From NCBI GenBank assembly GCA_963773045.1, contig CAVYZT010000015.1, forward strand, positions 8,444 through 72,443: a stretch of 64,000 bases of DNA. The letters are read 5' to 3'. This document shows, piece by piece, positions 39,411 to 48,704 of this stretch. Positions within the stretch are counted from its first letter, which is position 1. Each line of letters opens with the position of its first letter. Source of the DNA: an uncultured Acidobacteriota bacterium. GTDB lineage: Bacteria > Acidobacteriota > Vicinamibacteria > Vicinamibacterales > UBA2999. The position numbers were made by a program, and so were the translations under genes. Under the pieces are notes generated by a model. It did no database searches, was not told the origin of the DNA, and saw nothing but the letters and a program-made list of their open reading frames with translations.

Positions 39411-41768
39411 ATGAAATCTGGCCCTGCGGGGTCGTTTGGCGTGCAACTCAAGACGCTCCGCGAAGCCGCCGGCTTCACGCAGGAGGAGCTCGCCACGATT
39501 GCCGGCCTGTCGGTGCATGCCGTGAGCGCGCTGGAGCGCGGCCATCGACGGCGTCCTCATCTCGAGACCGTGCGCGCACTATCTGCGGCACTTGACCTGC
39601 CTGGTGCGACTCGTGATGCGCTCCTTAGCGCGCGGGCATCTGCTCAGCCTGAGGCCGTCGATGAATTGAGCGCCGTCTCGCTGCCGCTGGCTCTGACGCC
39701 ACTTCTCGGCCGCGCCGTCGAAATGGAGACGCTGCGGCACTGGCTGACCGATCCGGCCGCGCGCCTCATCACGCTGACGGGGCCAGGGGGAGTCGGCAAG
39801 ACCCGTCTCGCACTGGAGATCGCACGAGCGATCGCGGCTGAGGGCACAACCCGTGTGGTGTTCGTACCGTTGGCCGCGATTCGGAATCCTGCGTTTGTCG
39901 CGTCGGCGGTTGCCGAGGCGCTCGGACTGTCGGACGTCAGTGCGCTCGACGTGCCGAAGCGCGCACGCGTCGCGTGCGCCGATCAGCCGACGTTGATGGT
40001 GCTCGACAATTTCGAGCAGGTGTTGGACGCATCGCCGCTGGTGGCGGATCTCCTGACCGCGGTCGCGTCACTGCGGGTGCTGGCCACCAGCCGCGCTCCG
40101 CTGCGCGTGCGAGGCGAGCGCGAGTGCACCATTGGACCGCTCGCGTTGGAGCTGGACCTGGATGCGATGTCGCCCGCGGATCTGGCGCGCTCTCCCGCGG
40201 TGCGACTATTTGTGGAACGGGTTCGAGACGTCGAACCTGGCTTTTGCCTCACATCCGCGAACGCACCCACTGTGACGGCGATTTGTCGGCGCCTCGATGC
40301 CCTGCCGCTTGCCCTCGAGCTTGCGGCCCCGTGGATCAAAGTGCTCACGGCCGAGGACCTGCTCCGCCGACTCACGCACGATGTCCTGCTTTCGACGGCC
40401 GGCCCACGCGATCTCCCCGAGCGCCAACAGACGATCAATGCGACGGTCGCCTGGAGTTATCAACTCCTCGGCCCGAACGAGCAGCTGGCCTTTCGCCGTC
40501 TCGGCGCGTTGCCTGGCCGGTTCCCGATCCAGGCCGCCGCGGCGGTCCTCGCCGGTCGCGAGGGTGCCTCGGTCACGAGCGATGAGGGGCTCCGCGCGGT
40601 GGCCGCCTTGATTGACCGAAGCCTCCTGCTGCGGGCCGAGACGTCGGTGGCCGCGCGTCCGCTGTACCAGATGCTCGAAACGGTGCGCGCCTACGCCGCG
40701 CTCGAGCTCACCGCGTCAGGTGACCGCGACGCGGCCCTGGATGGGCTGGCGCGCTATTGCACCGCTGAAGCCGCCCTCGCGGCGGAGGGGCTGGTGGGAC
40801 CCGCGCAAGCCGAATGGTTGGATCGCGTCCGCGACGATCTCGAAAGTTACCGCAGCGCACTGACCTGGCTGATTGAGCGCAACCGTCCCACCGAAGCGTC
40901 CGGCATCGCGTGGGGGCTGAAGTACTTCTGGCTGATCCGTGGGCATGCGGCCGAAGGCCTCCAGTGGTACGAAGAAATCCTGAATCTGCGTTCTCTTCCT
41001 CCCGCCGCCGAGTTGCGAACCCTCGTGGGAGCCGCTGTGCTGTGGTACACGCAGGGGGAACTCGAGCGCGCACGCACTGGACTGACGCGCGCCCTGGCGC
41101 TGGAACGCGGCGCTGGCGACCTGGATCTGGTCGCGAACGGTGAGTATCTGTTCGGTCACGTCGAACACGCCGCCGGCAACGTGAACGCGGCCCGCGATTG
41201 GTTCGTTCGCAGTGTTGACCAGTTCCGTTCGCTTGCAATCCCGTCGGGCACCGGCAATGCGCTGAGCGGCATGGCCTCACTCGCCCTCGCGACCGGCGAC
41301 GCCGATCAAGCGGAACGCCTGCTCGATGAAGCCACATCGGTGCTTCGACAAGCCGGTCCGTGGTTCCTGACCTGGGCGCTGTATGTTCGCGCGATCCTGG
41401 CGGTGCGGCGCGGGAACCCCGATGAGGCGATCGCCTTGCTGCGGGAGAGCCTCACCCGCATCCGCGAGCTGAATGACAAGTTCGCATTCGTGTATGCGCT
41501 GGTCCCGCTCGCCGCCGCGGCGGTACTGAAAGGTGACGATGTCTGGGCGGCGCGGATCCTCGGCACCCGGGACGCCGTCACCGAACGCACAGGTGTCACG
41601 GTGGTCGACCAATCGGTACAGGACCTCCGGGAACAGGCTGAACGGGAGGCGCGTGCCCGCCTCGGTCCCGACCGGTGGGCCCGGGCGTATGCGGCAGGCC
41701 GTGTCACCTCCATCGATTCGATGATCAAGGACATCGACACCGCTCTGCGAACCCGCTCCCGCGCCTAG
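39411..41768 (+). CDS. HTH(XRE)-STAND NTPase-TPR regulator
   Basis: N-terminal LKTLREAAGFTQEELA HTH, P-loop LTGPGGVGKTRLA, long TPR-like C-terminus. 785 aa, intact. Confidence 0.8.
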   Translation: MKSGPAGSFGVQLKTLREAAGFTQEELATIAGLSVHAVSALERGHRRRPHLETVRALSAALDLPGATRDALLSARASAQPEAVDELSAVSLPLALTPLLGRAVEMETLRHWLTDPAARLITLTGPGGVGKTRLALEIARAIAAEGTTRVVFVPLAAIRNPAFVASAVAEALGLSDVSALDVPKRARVACADQPTLMVLDNFEQVLDASPLVADLLTAVASLRVLATSRAPLRVRGERECTIGPLALELDLDAMSPADLARSPAVRLFVERVRDVEPGFCLTSANAPTVTAICRRLDALPLALELAAPWIKVLTAEDLLRRLTHDVLLSTAGPRDLPERQQTINATVAWSYQLLGPNEQLAFRRLGALPGRFPIQAAAAVLAGREGASVTSDEGLRAVAALIDRSLLLRAETSVAARPLYQMLETVRAYAALELTASGDRDAALDGLARYCTAEAALAAEGLVGPAQAEWLDRVRDDLESYRSALTWLIERNRPTEASGIAWGLKYFWLIRGHAAEGLQWYEEILNLRSLPPAAELRTLVGAAVLWYTQGELERARTGLTRALALERGAGDLDLVANGEYLFGHVEHAAGNVNAARDWFVRSVDQFRSLAIPSGTGNALSGMASLALATGDADQAERLLDEATSVLRQAGPWFLTWALYVRAILAVRRGNPDEAIALLRESLTRIRELNDKFAFVYALVPLAAAAVLKGDDVWAARILGTRDAVTERTGVTVVDQSVQDLREQAEREARARLGPDRWARAYAAGRVTSIDSMIKDIDTALRTRSRA

Positions 41769-41972
41769 GCCGCGCGCGATTCACCCGCGCCACCACCACG
41801 CCAGCGCCTTCCTCCCCGTCTTGCGCAGCCGGGAATATTCGAACGGGTCCGCAGGTTTAGGCGAATAGAGACCGTTGCGAAACGGCTTGGCTCATCGACC
41901 GGTGAGCGCGCGTCGCCCGGCGGGTGTCGGCATTCATAAACAGCAGAAATATCAAGGGTAGAGAGGAACGTC

Positions 41973-42401
41973 ATGCGTGTCATCTTCGCGTGTTCGATCG
42001 TCGCATTCAGTCTCAGTGCATGGGGCTGCTCCGGTTCCACCGACGGCGGAAGCCCAGTCGCGCCGTCGCCAACGACGGCCACACCACCACCGGCCACGCC
42101 AGCACCGGCAAACGGTGTTGTGACGATCAACGTCGTCCGCGAAAACGGGGCGCAGTCCTTCTCTCCGAATCCGGCGACGCTGCCGGCCGGCCAGATGGTC
42201 GTCTGGCACAACGTTGACGGCGTCACGCATCGGATGGTTTTGAACAGCGGATCGCTGGACACCGGCGATCTCGCGCCGGGGGCGTCCAGCCAGCCGATGT
42301 CAATCAACACGGGCAACGCCCCGTATCACTGTTCGATTCACCCGTCGATGGTTGGCACCGTCGTTCAGAGCGCGGCGACGGCCCCGTCGCAGGGTTATTG
42401 A
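41973..42401 (+). CDS. Cupredoxin (plastocyanin/azurin-like) lipoprotein
   Basis: Lipobox LSAWGC. Type-1 copper ligand pattern GVTHR ... YHCSIHPSMVG. Confidence 0.7.
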   Translation: MRVIFACSIVAFSLSAWGCSGSTDGGSPVAPSPTTATPPPATPAPANGVVTINVVRENGAQSFSPNPATLPAGQMVVWHNVDGVTHRMVLNSGSLDTGDLAPGASSQPMSINTGNAPYHCSIHPSMVGTVVQSAATAPSQGY

Positions 42402-42418
42402 AGGCAATCGCGTCTCTC

Positions 42419-42976
42419 ATGAAATTCCCACTTATCGGCCTCGTGCTCGCCTCGGCCGCGGTCGCGACGACCAACACGTGGCGCGTGCAGCAGGGCGACG
42501 TCCGCGTGATCTGCCCGATGACGATCGGCGGAAGCTTCGATGCGAAGACGGCGGCACTTAGCGGATCGGTGACCGGCAACCCGAACGGTTCGCGGCCATT
42601 CGGCGGGAGCCTCGCCGTGGACCTTCGCACACTCGATACCGGGATCGCCTTGCGCAATGAGCATCTCCGCGAGAAGTACCTCGAGGTGAACAAGGGGACC
42701 GGGTTCGACACGGCGACGCTGTCGGAGATTGATCTGACTGGATTCAATCCGAACGCGCCGGAGGGCAAGGGATCGTTCGCAGGATTGCTGACACTGCACG
42801 GCGTGACGAAAACCGTGACGGGGGTCGTCGACGTTCGCCAGGCGGGCGCCGGCCTTCGCGTGAAGGCAGCCTTTCACGTTGACCTGTCGGACTACAGCAT
42901 CCCCAAACCGCGCTACCTCGGGGTCGGAGTCAGCAACACCGTCCAGGTCGAAGTGGCCTTCGACCTCTCGCGCTGA
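42419..42976 (+). CDS. YceI-like periplasmic protein
   Basis: Signal peptide. DTGIALRNEHLRE and GLLTLHGVTKTVTG are typical of the YceI domain. Alternative TTG start at 42398. Confidence 0.6.
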   Translation: MKFPLIGLVLASAAVATTNTWRVQQGDVRVICPMTIGGSFDAKTAALSGSVTGNPNGSRPFGGSLAVDLRTLDTGIALRNEHLREKYLEVNKGTGFDTATLSEIDLTGFNPNAPEGKGSFAGLLTLHGVTKTVTGVVDVRQAGAGLRVKAAFHVDLSDYSIPKPRYLGVGVSNTVQVEVAFDLSR

Positions 42977-42984
42977 ACACGAAG

Positions 42985-44136
42985 ATGAGAACACTCTTCC
43001 TTCTGCTCGCCATGACGCTTCTCGCCGCGACGGCGTCTGCCGAGCCGACGTTTCTCGCGAAGCAGTACACGCGCTGCACAGCGTGTCATTACTCGCCCAC
43101 GGGCGGCGGGCTGCTGACTCCTTACGGACGGCTCCTTTCCCAGCGAGAGCTGTCGACATGGGGCCGCGCGACGCCGGCTCCGGAAGCGGGCGCAGAAGAC
43201 GACCCACATGGGGAGCAGGCATTCCTGTACGGGGCGCTGGGAGACGCGCTCGGTCCCGTCCATCTTGGGCTCGAGCTACGTCCGTCCCACTTGCGGATCG
43301 CCTTTCCCGGTGGACATCAAGAGATGAATCTGCAGATGAATCTCGACCTCGTCGGCGCGCTCCAGAAGAACGGATGGACCGCATACGGGACGGTGGGGCG
43401 TGAGCCGCCGAACTCCGCCGTCCGCAACGGCCGCACGCTGTCCGAGCCCGCGTTCATCTCCTACGAGCACTGGATTTCGTACCAGATCGACGAAGGCTTC
43501 CGGATTCGCGCCGGCCGATTCCTGCCCGCGTACGGAGTGCGCTTCGCGGATCACACGACGTACTCGCGCAGTTCCCTCGACCTCGATCGCAACGATCAGG
43601 TCTACGGCCTCGAGGTGGGCGGCACGATAGGCCCTTCGTTGGTCCAGGTGATGGTCAGTCCCGGCAAGGCCGAGACCATCCTGCACAACCGCGATCAGCG
43701 CGGAGTGTCCACCGCCGCCCGCTGGCAATTCGATCTGGCGCCGCGTGCGACCCTTGTCGGCTCGGCCTTCTATCGCCATTCGACCCGTGTCGATCCAGAG
43801 TCGGGCGCGGTGGGTGCCGCCTTCGGGATCGCGCCCGCGTCTCACGTGTCGATCTGGACGGAAGTGAACGCGGACCTGCAGACCGAGGCCGTGGGCGGGC
43901 GCTCGTGGGTGGTGGTCAATGAGACGTCCGTCGAGGTGTACCGCGGGATTTGGCTGAAGTTCTCGCCACAACTTCGGACATCCGGGGAGGAGGCGGGCTC
44001 GTCACGTGTGCGGCTTGGGTTCGCAGCGGATCTGCTGCCGCGCACGCACTGGAACGTGAACCTGGGGTACTACCACGACCGCGCGTTCGACGCCGGCACG
44101 TCGACGCTGCTGGCACAGCTGCACCTGTTCATGTAA
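42985..44136 (+). CDS. Secreted beta-rich (outer-membrane-barrel-like) protein with a single N-terminal CXXCH motif
   Basis: Signal peptide, then YTRCTACHYSPTGGGLLTPYGR, then an alternating beta pattern for the rest. 383 aa. Confidence 0.6.
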   Translation: MRTLFLLLAMTLLAATASAEPTFLAKQYTRCTACHYSPTGGGLLTPYGRLLSQRELSTWGRATPAPEAGAEDDPHGEQAFLYGALGDALGPVHLGLELRPSHLRIAFPGGHQEMNLQMNLDLVGALQKNGWTAYGTVGREPPNSAVRNGRTLSEPAFISYEHWISYQIDEGFRIRAGRFLPAYGVRFADHTTYSRSSLDLDRNDQVYGLEVGGTIGPSLVQVMVSPGKAETILHNRDQRGVSTAARWQFDLAPRATLVGSAFYRHSTRVDPESGAVGAAFGIAPASHVSIWTEVNADLQTEAVGGRSWVVVNETSVEVYRGIWLKFSPQLRTSGEEAGSSRVRLGFAADLLPRTHWNVNLGYYHDRAFDAGTSTLLAQLHLFM

Positions 44137-44149
44137 AGGCGCGAGACGG

Positions 44150-45663
44150 CGGGGAACAGAGTCTTCACGGGGAGGTCGGGGAGATCAGGGAGTCGTTGTT
44201 TGGCAGATTCAGATCCTGACTCTCCGATCTCCTTGATCTCCCTGTGATGCTCTCTGCGGCGGTGTCTGGGTAACAGAGTCTTCACTGGGAGGTCGGGGAG
44301 ATCAGGGAGTCGTTTCTTGGGCAGATTCAAATCCTAACGCCCCGATCTCCTTGATCTCCCTGTGATGCTCTCTGCCGCGGTGTCTGGGTAACAGAGTCTT
44401 CACTGGGAGGTCGGGGAGATCAGGGAGTCGTTCTTGGGCAGATTCAAATCCTAACGCCCCGATCTCCTTGATCTCCCTGTGATGCTCTCTACCGGGGTGC
44501 CTGGGTAACAGAGTCTTCACGGGGAGGTCGGGGAGATCAGGGAGTCGTTGTTTGGCAGATTCAGATCCTGACTCTCCGATCTCCTTGATCTCCCTGTGAT
44601 GCTCTCTGCGGCGGTGTCTGGGTAACAGAGTCTTCACTGGGAGGTCGGGGAGATCAGGGAGTCGTTTCTTGGGCAGATTCAAATCCTAACGCCCCGATCT
44701 CCTTGATCTCCCTGTGATGCTCTCTGCCGCGGTGTCTGGGTAACAGAGTCTTCACTGGGAGGTCGGGGAGATCAGGGAGTCGTTCTTGGGCAGATTCAAA
44801 TCCTAACGCCCCGATCTCCTTGATCTCCCTGTGATGCTCTCTGCCGCGGTGTCTGGGTAACAGAGTCTTCACTGGGAGGTCGGGGAGATCAGGGAGTCGT
44901 TCTTGGGCAGATTCAAATCCTAACTCCCCGATCTCCTTGATCTCCCTGTGATGCTCTCTGCCGCGGTGTCTGGGTAACAGAGTCTTCACTGGGAGGTCGG
45001 GGAGATCAGGGAGTCGTTTTTTGGGCAGATTCAAATCCTAACTCCCCGATCTCCTTGATCTCCCTGTGATGCTCTCTGCCGCGGTGTCTGGGTAACAGAG
45101 TCTTCACTGGGAGGTCGGGGAGATGAGGGAGTCGTTGTTTGGGCAGATTCAAATCCTAACTCCCCGATCTCCTTGATCTCCCTGTGATGCTCTCTGCCGC
45201 GGTGTCTGGGTAACAGAGCTTCACTGGGAGGTCGGGGAGATCGGGAGTCGTTTTTGGGCAGATTCAAATCCTAACTCCCCGATCTCTTGATCTCCCTGTG
45301 ATGCTCTCTGCCGCGGTGTCTGGGTAACAGAGTCTTCACTGGGAGGTCGGGGAGATCAGGGAGTCGTTCTTGGGCAGATTCAAATCCTAACTCCCCGATC
45401 TCCTTGATCTCCCTGTGATGCTCTCTGCCGCGGTGTCTGGGTAACAGAGTCTTCACTGGGAGGTCGGGGAGATCAGGGAGTCGTTTTTGGGCAGATTCAA
45501 ATCCTAACCTCCCCGATCCTCCGATTCTGATCTCCCTGTGATGCTCTCTGCCGCGGTGTCTGGGTAACAGAGTCTTCACTGGGAGGTCGGGGAAATCAGG
45601 GAGTCGTTCTTGGGCAGATTCAAATCCTGACTCCCCGATCTCCTTGATCTCCCTGTGATGCTC
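44150..45663. repeat. Tandem array: 12 full and 1 truncated copies of a 117-118 bp unit
   Basis: Unit starts (phase AACAGAG): 44155, 44272, 44390, 44507, 44624, 44742, 44859, 44976, 45094, 45212, 45326, 45443, 45566. No unique spacers. Confidence 0.95.
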
Positions 45664-45760
45664 GGGAGAAGCGCCATTTAACCCGCACGTGGAATATCGC
45701 CGCCCACTTCCAGGTTTGGAGGATGTGTCGCCGGTGTGGCGTCACCAGGAGGAATCGCAC

Positions 45761-46909
45761 ATGAGCGCACCTGCCGCCAGCGGATTGGATGACGTGGTCG
45801 TGGCACATACCGGGCTGAGCCAGATTGATGGTCAGCGCGGGCAACTGGTGATTCGCGGGTATGCCGTCGAAACGCTGGCGGAACGCGCCACCTTCGAGGA
45901 TGTCTGTGCCCTGCTGTGGAACGGCCGTTGGCCGTCGCCTGATCAAAGCGCACTCGTCGGCGCGGGGCTGGCCAGAGCAAGAGCCGAGGCGTTCACGATG
46001 CTGCGATCCCTGGGTGACGCGCTCGCGCCTTCGGACGGCATGGAGGCGCTCCGGGCTGCGATCGGTCATCTCAGTTCCACCAACTCCGCCCGCGATCGCG
46101 TGCGGCTGACCGGTGCGATCCCGGTGTTTGCGGCGGCGTGGGCCCGAAGACGAATCGATTTGCCTCCAGTCCGACCCCAGCCGATGCTGTCACACGCGGC
46201 CGACTGCTTGCAGATGCTGTCCGGCGCCGCGCCGGCGCCCCCGTGTGTGCGGGCGCTCGACGCGTATTTCTGCACGGTCGTCGACGACGGGATGAACGCG
46301 CCAACCTTCACCGCACGCGTCGTCGCCTCGACCGGGTCCGATCTGGTCAGCGCGATCGTGGCCGCCATCGGCGCGCTGAAGGGGCCCCTCCACGGCGGCA
46401 CGTCGGCTCCCGTCCTGGAAATGCTCGACGCCATCGGCGGCGCGCGTCGCGTTCGCGGCTGGCTGGAAACCGAGCTCGAGTCCGGCCGCCGCATCATGGG
46501 CATGGGGCATCGCGTGTACCACGTGCGCGATCCGCGCGCGGCCGCGCTCGAGCGTGCGGCGAGGGTGCTCCAGGAGGCCGGCGTGTCGGCGCCGCGGCTC
46601 TCGCTCGCGCGCACGGTCGAACGCGAGGCCGAGCGGCTCCTGGCCCAGCGCTACCCCCATCGCGATCTGCGCGCGAACGTCGAGTTCTACACCGCCATTC
46701 TGTTGGACAGCGTCGGCATTCCGCGCACCCTGTTCACGCCAATGTTCGCGGCCTCTCGTGTGGTGGGTTGGTGCGCCCACGTGGATGAACAACGCGCGGT
46801 CGGCAGACTGATCAGGCCGGCGTCGGTTTACGTTGGCCCGTCCCTGCTCGATCTCAGTGCGACGCCCGATCGCGACCACCAGGTGTCTGGAATATTCGAG
46901 GGCGCGTGA
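45761..46909 (+). CDS. Citrate synthase family protein (citrate/2-methylcitrate synthase or citryl-CoA lyase-like)
   Basis: AGGAGG RBS. Motifs GLDDVVVAHTGLSQIDG and MGMGHRVYHVRDPRA. Confidence 0.8.
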   Translation: MSAPAASGLDDVVVAHTGLSQIDGQRGQLVIRGYAVETLAERATFEDVCALLWNGRWPSPDQSALVGAGLARARAEAFTMLRSLGDALAPSDGMEALRAAIGHLSSTNSARDRVRLTGAIPVFAAAWARRRIDLPPVRPQPMLSHAADCLQMLSGAAPAPPCVRALDAYFCTVVDDGMNAPTFTARVVASTGSDLVSAIVAAIGALKGPLHGGTSAPVLEMLDAIGGARRVRGWLETELESGRRIMGMGHRVYHVRDPRAAALERAARVLQEAGVSAPRLSLARTVEREAERLLAQRYPHRDLRANVEFYTAILLDSVGIPRTLFTPMFAASRVVGWCAHVDEQRAVGRLIRPASVYVGPSLLDLSATPDRDHQVSGIFEGA

Positions 46910-46956
46910 CGGTTAACGCTTCTGAAACCGTCTCCTGAGAACAGAAAGGATTGCTC

Positions 46957-48318
46957 ATGTCACCGATCGCCGAAGCGATTGACCTCACCATTCCATCATT
47001 CACCGGCCAATTGCTACGGCCCGACGACTTTGCGTACGAAGAGCGGCGGAAAGTGCACAACGGACTGATCGACAAGCATCCTGCCGTCATCGCGTCCTGC
47101 CATGGCGTCGCCGACATCGTTGACGCCGTGCAATTGGCGCACACGCTCGGCCTCGAGGTGTCGGTGCGGGGCGGGGGTCACAATGTCGCAGGACGCGCGG
47201 CGATCGATCGCGGCGTGATGATCGATCTGTCGCCGATGAAAGGCCTGCACGTGGACGTGCCCGGACGCGCTGTCCGCGCCCAGGGCGGCGTGCTGTGGAA
47301 GGAGCTCAATCGCGAGACCCAGCTGCACGGACTCGCGACGACCGGTGGAGTGGTCGGGAGCACCGGGATTGCCGGCTTGACGCTCGGCGGCGGCCTTGGC
47401 TGGCTGATGCCGAAATACGGCCTGGCGCTCGACAACTTGCGAGCCGCCGATCTGGTGCTTGCCGACGGGAGGGTGGTTCGCGCGAGCGCGGACGAGAACC
47501 CCGATCTCTTCTGGGCGATTCGCGGCGGCGGCGGCAACTTCGGCATTGCCGCTTCCCTCGAATACACCCTGCACCAGGTCGGGCCGATGATTACCGGCGG
47601 TGCCGTGGTTCATCCGTTCGCGACGGCGTTCGATGTGCTGCGCGTCTTCCGGGATACCTGCACGTCGCTGCCGGATGAAGCGATGCTGGTGGCCGCTCTG
47701 CAGACGGCACCCGGTGGTTCGAATGCCAAGGTCGCCGGCATCGTCGGCGGCCACTGTGGCTCGCTCAAGCAAGGCGAGTCCACCTTTCGGGCCCTCAAAG
47801 CGTTTGGTGCACCGGTGATGGACGTCATGGGGCCGATGCCGTACGTCGCGCTCAACGGGATGATCGATCCCGCCTTTCCGAAATCGGCGTTGAACTATTG
47901 GAAGGCGCAGTTTCTCACCGGCTTGAGCGACGAAGCGATTCGCACGCTGATCACCGGCTTCGAGACGTGTCCGTCGCCGATGAGCCACGTCATGATCGAG
48001 CACTTCCACGGCGCCGCGAGCCGGATTCCCGTCTCGGCCACCGCCTGCACGATGCGCGTGACCGGCTTCAACGTGGTCATCGCTTCCCAGTGGATCGACG
48101 CGCGCGAGACGCCACGCAACGTGAAATGGGCGCGCGAGACCTTCGCGTCACTCGCCCCGTATCTGGCGCCGACACGCTACGTCAACTACCTCGAAGACGA
48201 CGCCGCGGATGCCGCCGCGGTCGCGTATGGACCAAACCTGCAGCGGCTGCGAGCCATCAAGACGAAGTACGACCCCAGGAATTTCTTCCGGCACAACGTC
48301 AACATACTTCCCAACTAA
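46957..48318 (+). CDS. FAD-linked oxidase with C-terminal BBE (berberine-bridge-like) domain
   Basis: FAD_binding_4-like VRGGGHNVAGRA. C-terminus YVNYLEDD...NLQRLRAIKTKYDPRNFFRHNVNI. Confidence 0.8.
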   Translation: MSPIAEAIDLTIPSFTGQLLRPDDFAYEERRKVHNGLIDKHPAVIASCHGVADIVDAVQLAHTLGLEVSVRGGGHNVAGRAAIDRGVMIDLSPMKGLHVDVPGRAVRAQGGVLWKELNRETQLHGLATTGGVVGSTGIAGLTLGGGLGWLMPKYGLALDNLRAADLVLADGRVVRASADENPDLFWAIRGGGGNFGIAASLEYTLHQVGPMITGGAVVHPFATAFDVLRVFRDTCTSLPDEAMLVAALQTAPGGSNAKVAGIVGGHCGSLKQGESTFRALKAFGAPVMDVMGPMPYVALNGMIDPAFPKSALNYWKAQFLTGLSDEAIRTLITGFETCPSPMSHVMIEHFHGAASRIPVSATACTMRVTGFNVVIASQWIDARETPRNVKWARETFASLAPYLAPTRYVNYLEDDAADAAAVAYGPNLQRLRAIKTKYDPRNFFRHNVNILPN

Positions 48319-48704
48319 CAGGAACTTGGCTCGTATCGACGGGACGCCCCTGGGGCCTGACGATAGAGCGCTGACGCCTCGTACACCGCACGCCGAAGCC
48401 GGTTGATCCCGCCGAGTGGTCGGTGATCGCTGATGCCGCGCCATGGCGAGAAGGCGAGCGCCTCGCAGAGCGCGCGGCGCTCGCCGGTTTCGAAATCGCC
48501 AGCTGCAGCCTGGTCAGACGGATGATGTTGTCGATCTGGCCGGCTTCTTCAGGCGGCTCGTGTTCGAGTACGGACATCCGAGCGCCCCTTTCGACTCACC
48601 TTCGCAAGCTACTCCTCACCCGAACCGACGCCTCGGTTGTACCAGCGCTGAGCGCCATCTTCGAGACTGGTGTTGCCGACCGTCTTCCGCTAGATTCCCC
48701 TCAC

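Noticed and set aside
44070-45579. Minus-strand ORFs of 78-126 aa inside the tandem array. They encode a 39-aa repeat (…LPDLPDLPVKTLLPRHRGREHHREIKEIGELGFESAQER…), suggesting a repeat protein.
   Set aside because: The frame is broken by every 118-, 114- or 123-bp copy. There is no consistent start or RBS. The open frame uses TTA, AGA, GGA and CGA codons, and only 23 of 39 third positions are G/C in the consensus unit (hand count). That is atypical for genes in this G+C-rich genome. The other two minus-strand frames contain a stop in every unit. Residual doubt remains because this assembly shows indel errors elsewhere.
44150-45663. CRISPR array, or a replication origin (GATC cluster).
   Set aside because: The entire 117-bp unit repeats, so there are no unique spacers, and there are no cas genes. 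I saw no DnaA-box-like TTATCCACA motifs and no dnaA or dnaN nearby. The GATC enrichment simply follows from the unit being repeated.
48299-48577. A minus-strand small ORF upstream of the ABC pair that might be a frameshifted regulator gene (…IDNIIRLTRLQLAI… continuing as …FETGERRALCEALAFSPW… in another frame).
   Set aside because: I could not confirm a family motif. The reading depends on an assumed frameshift.
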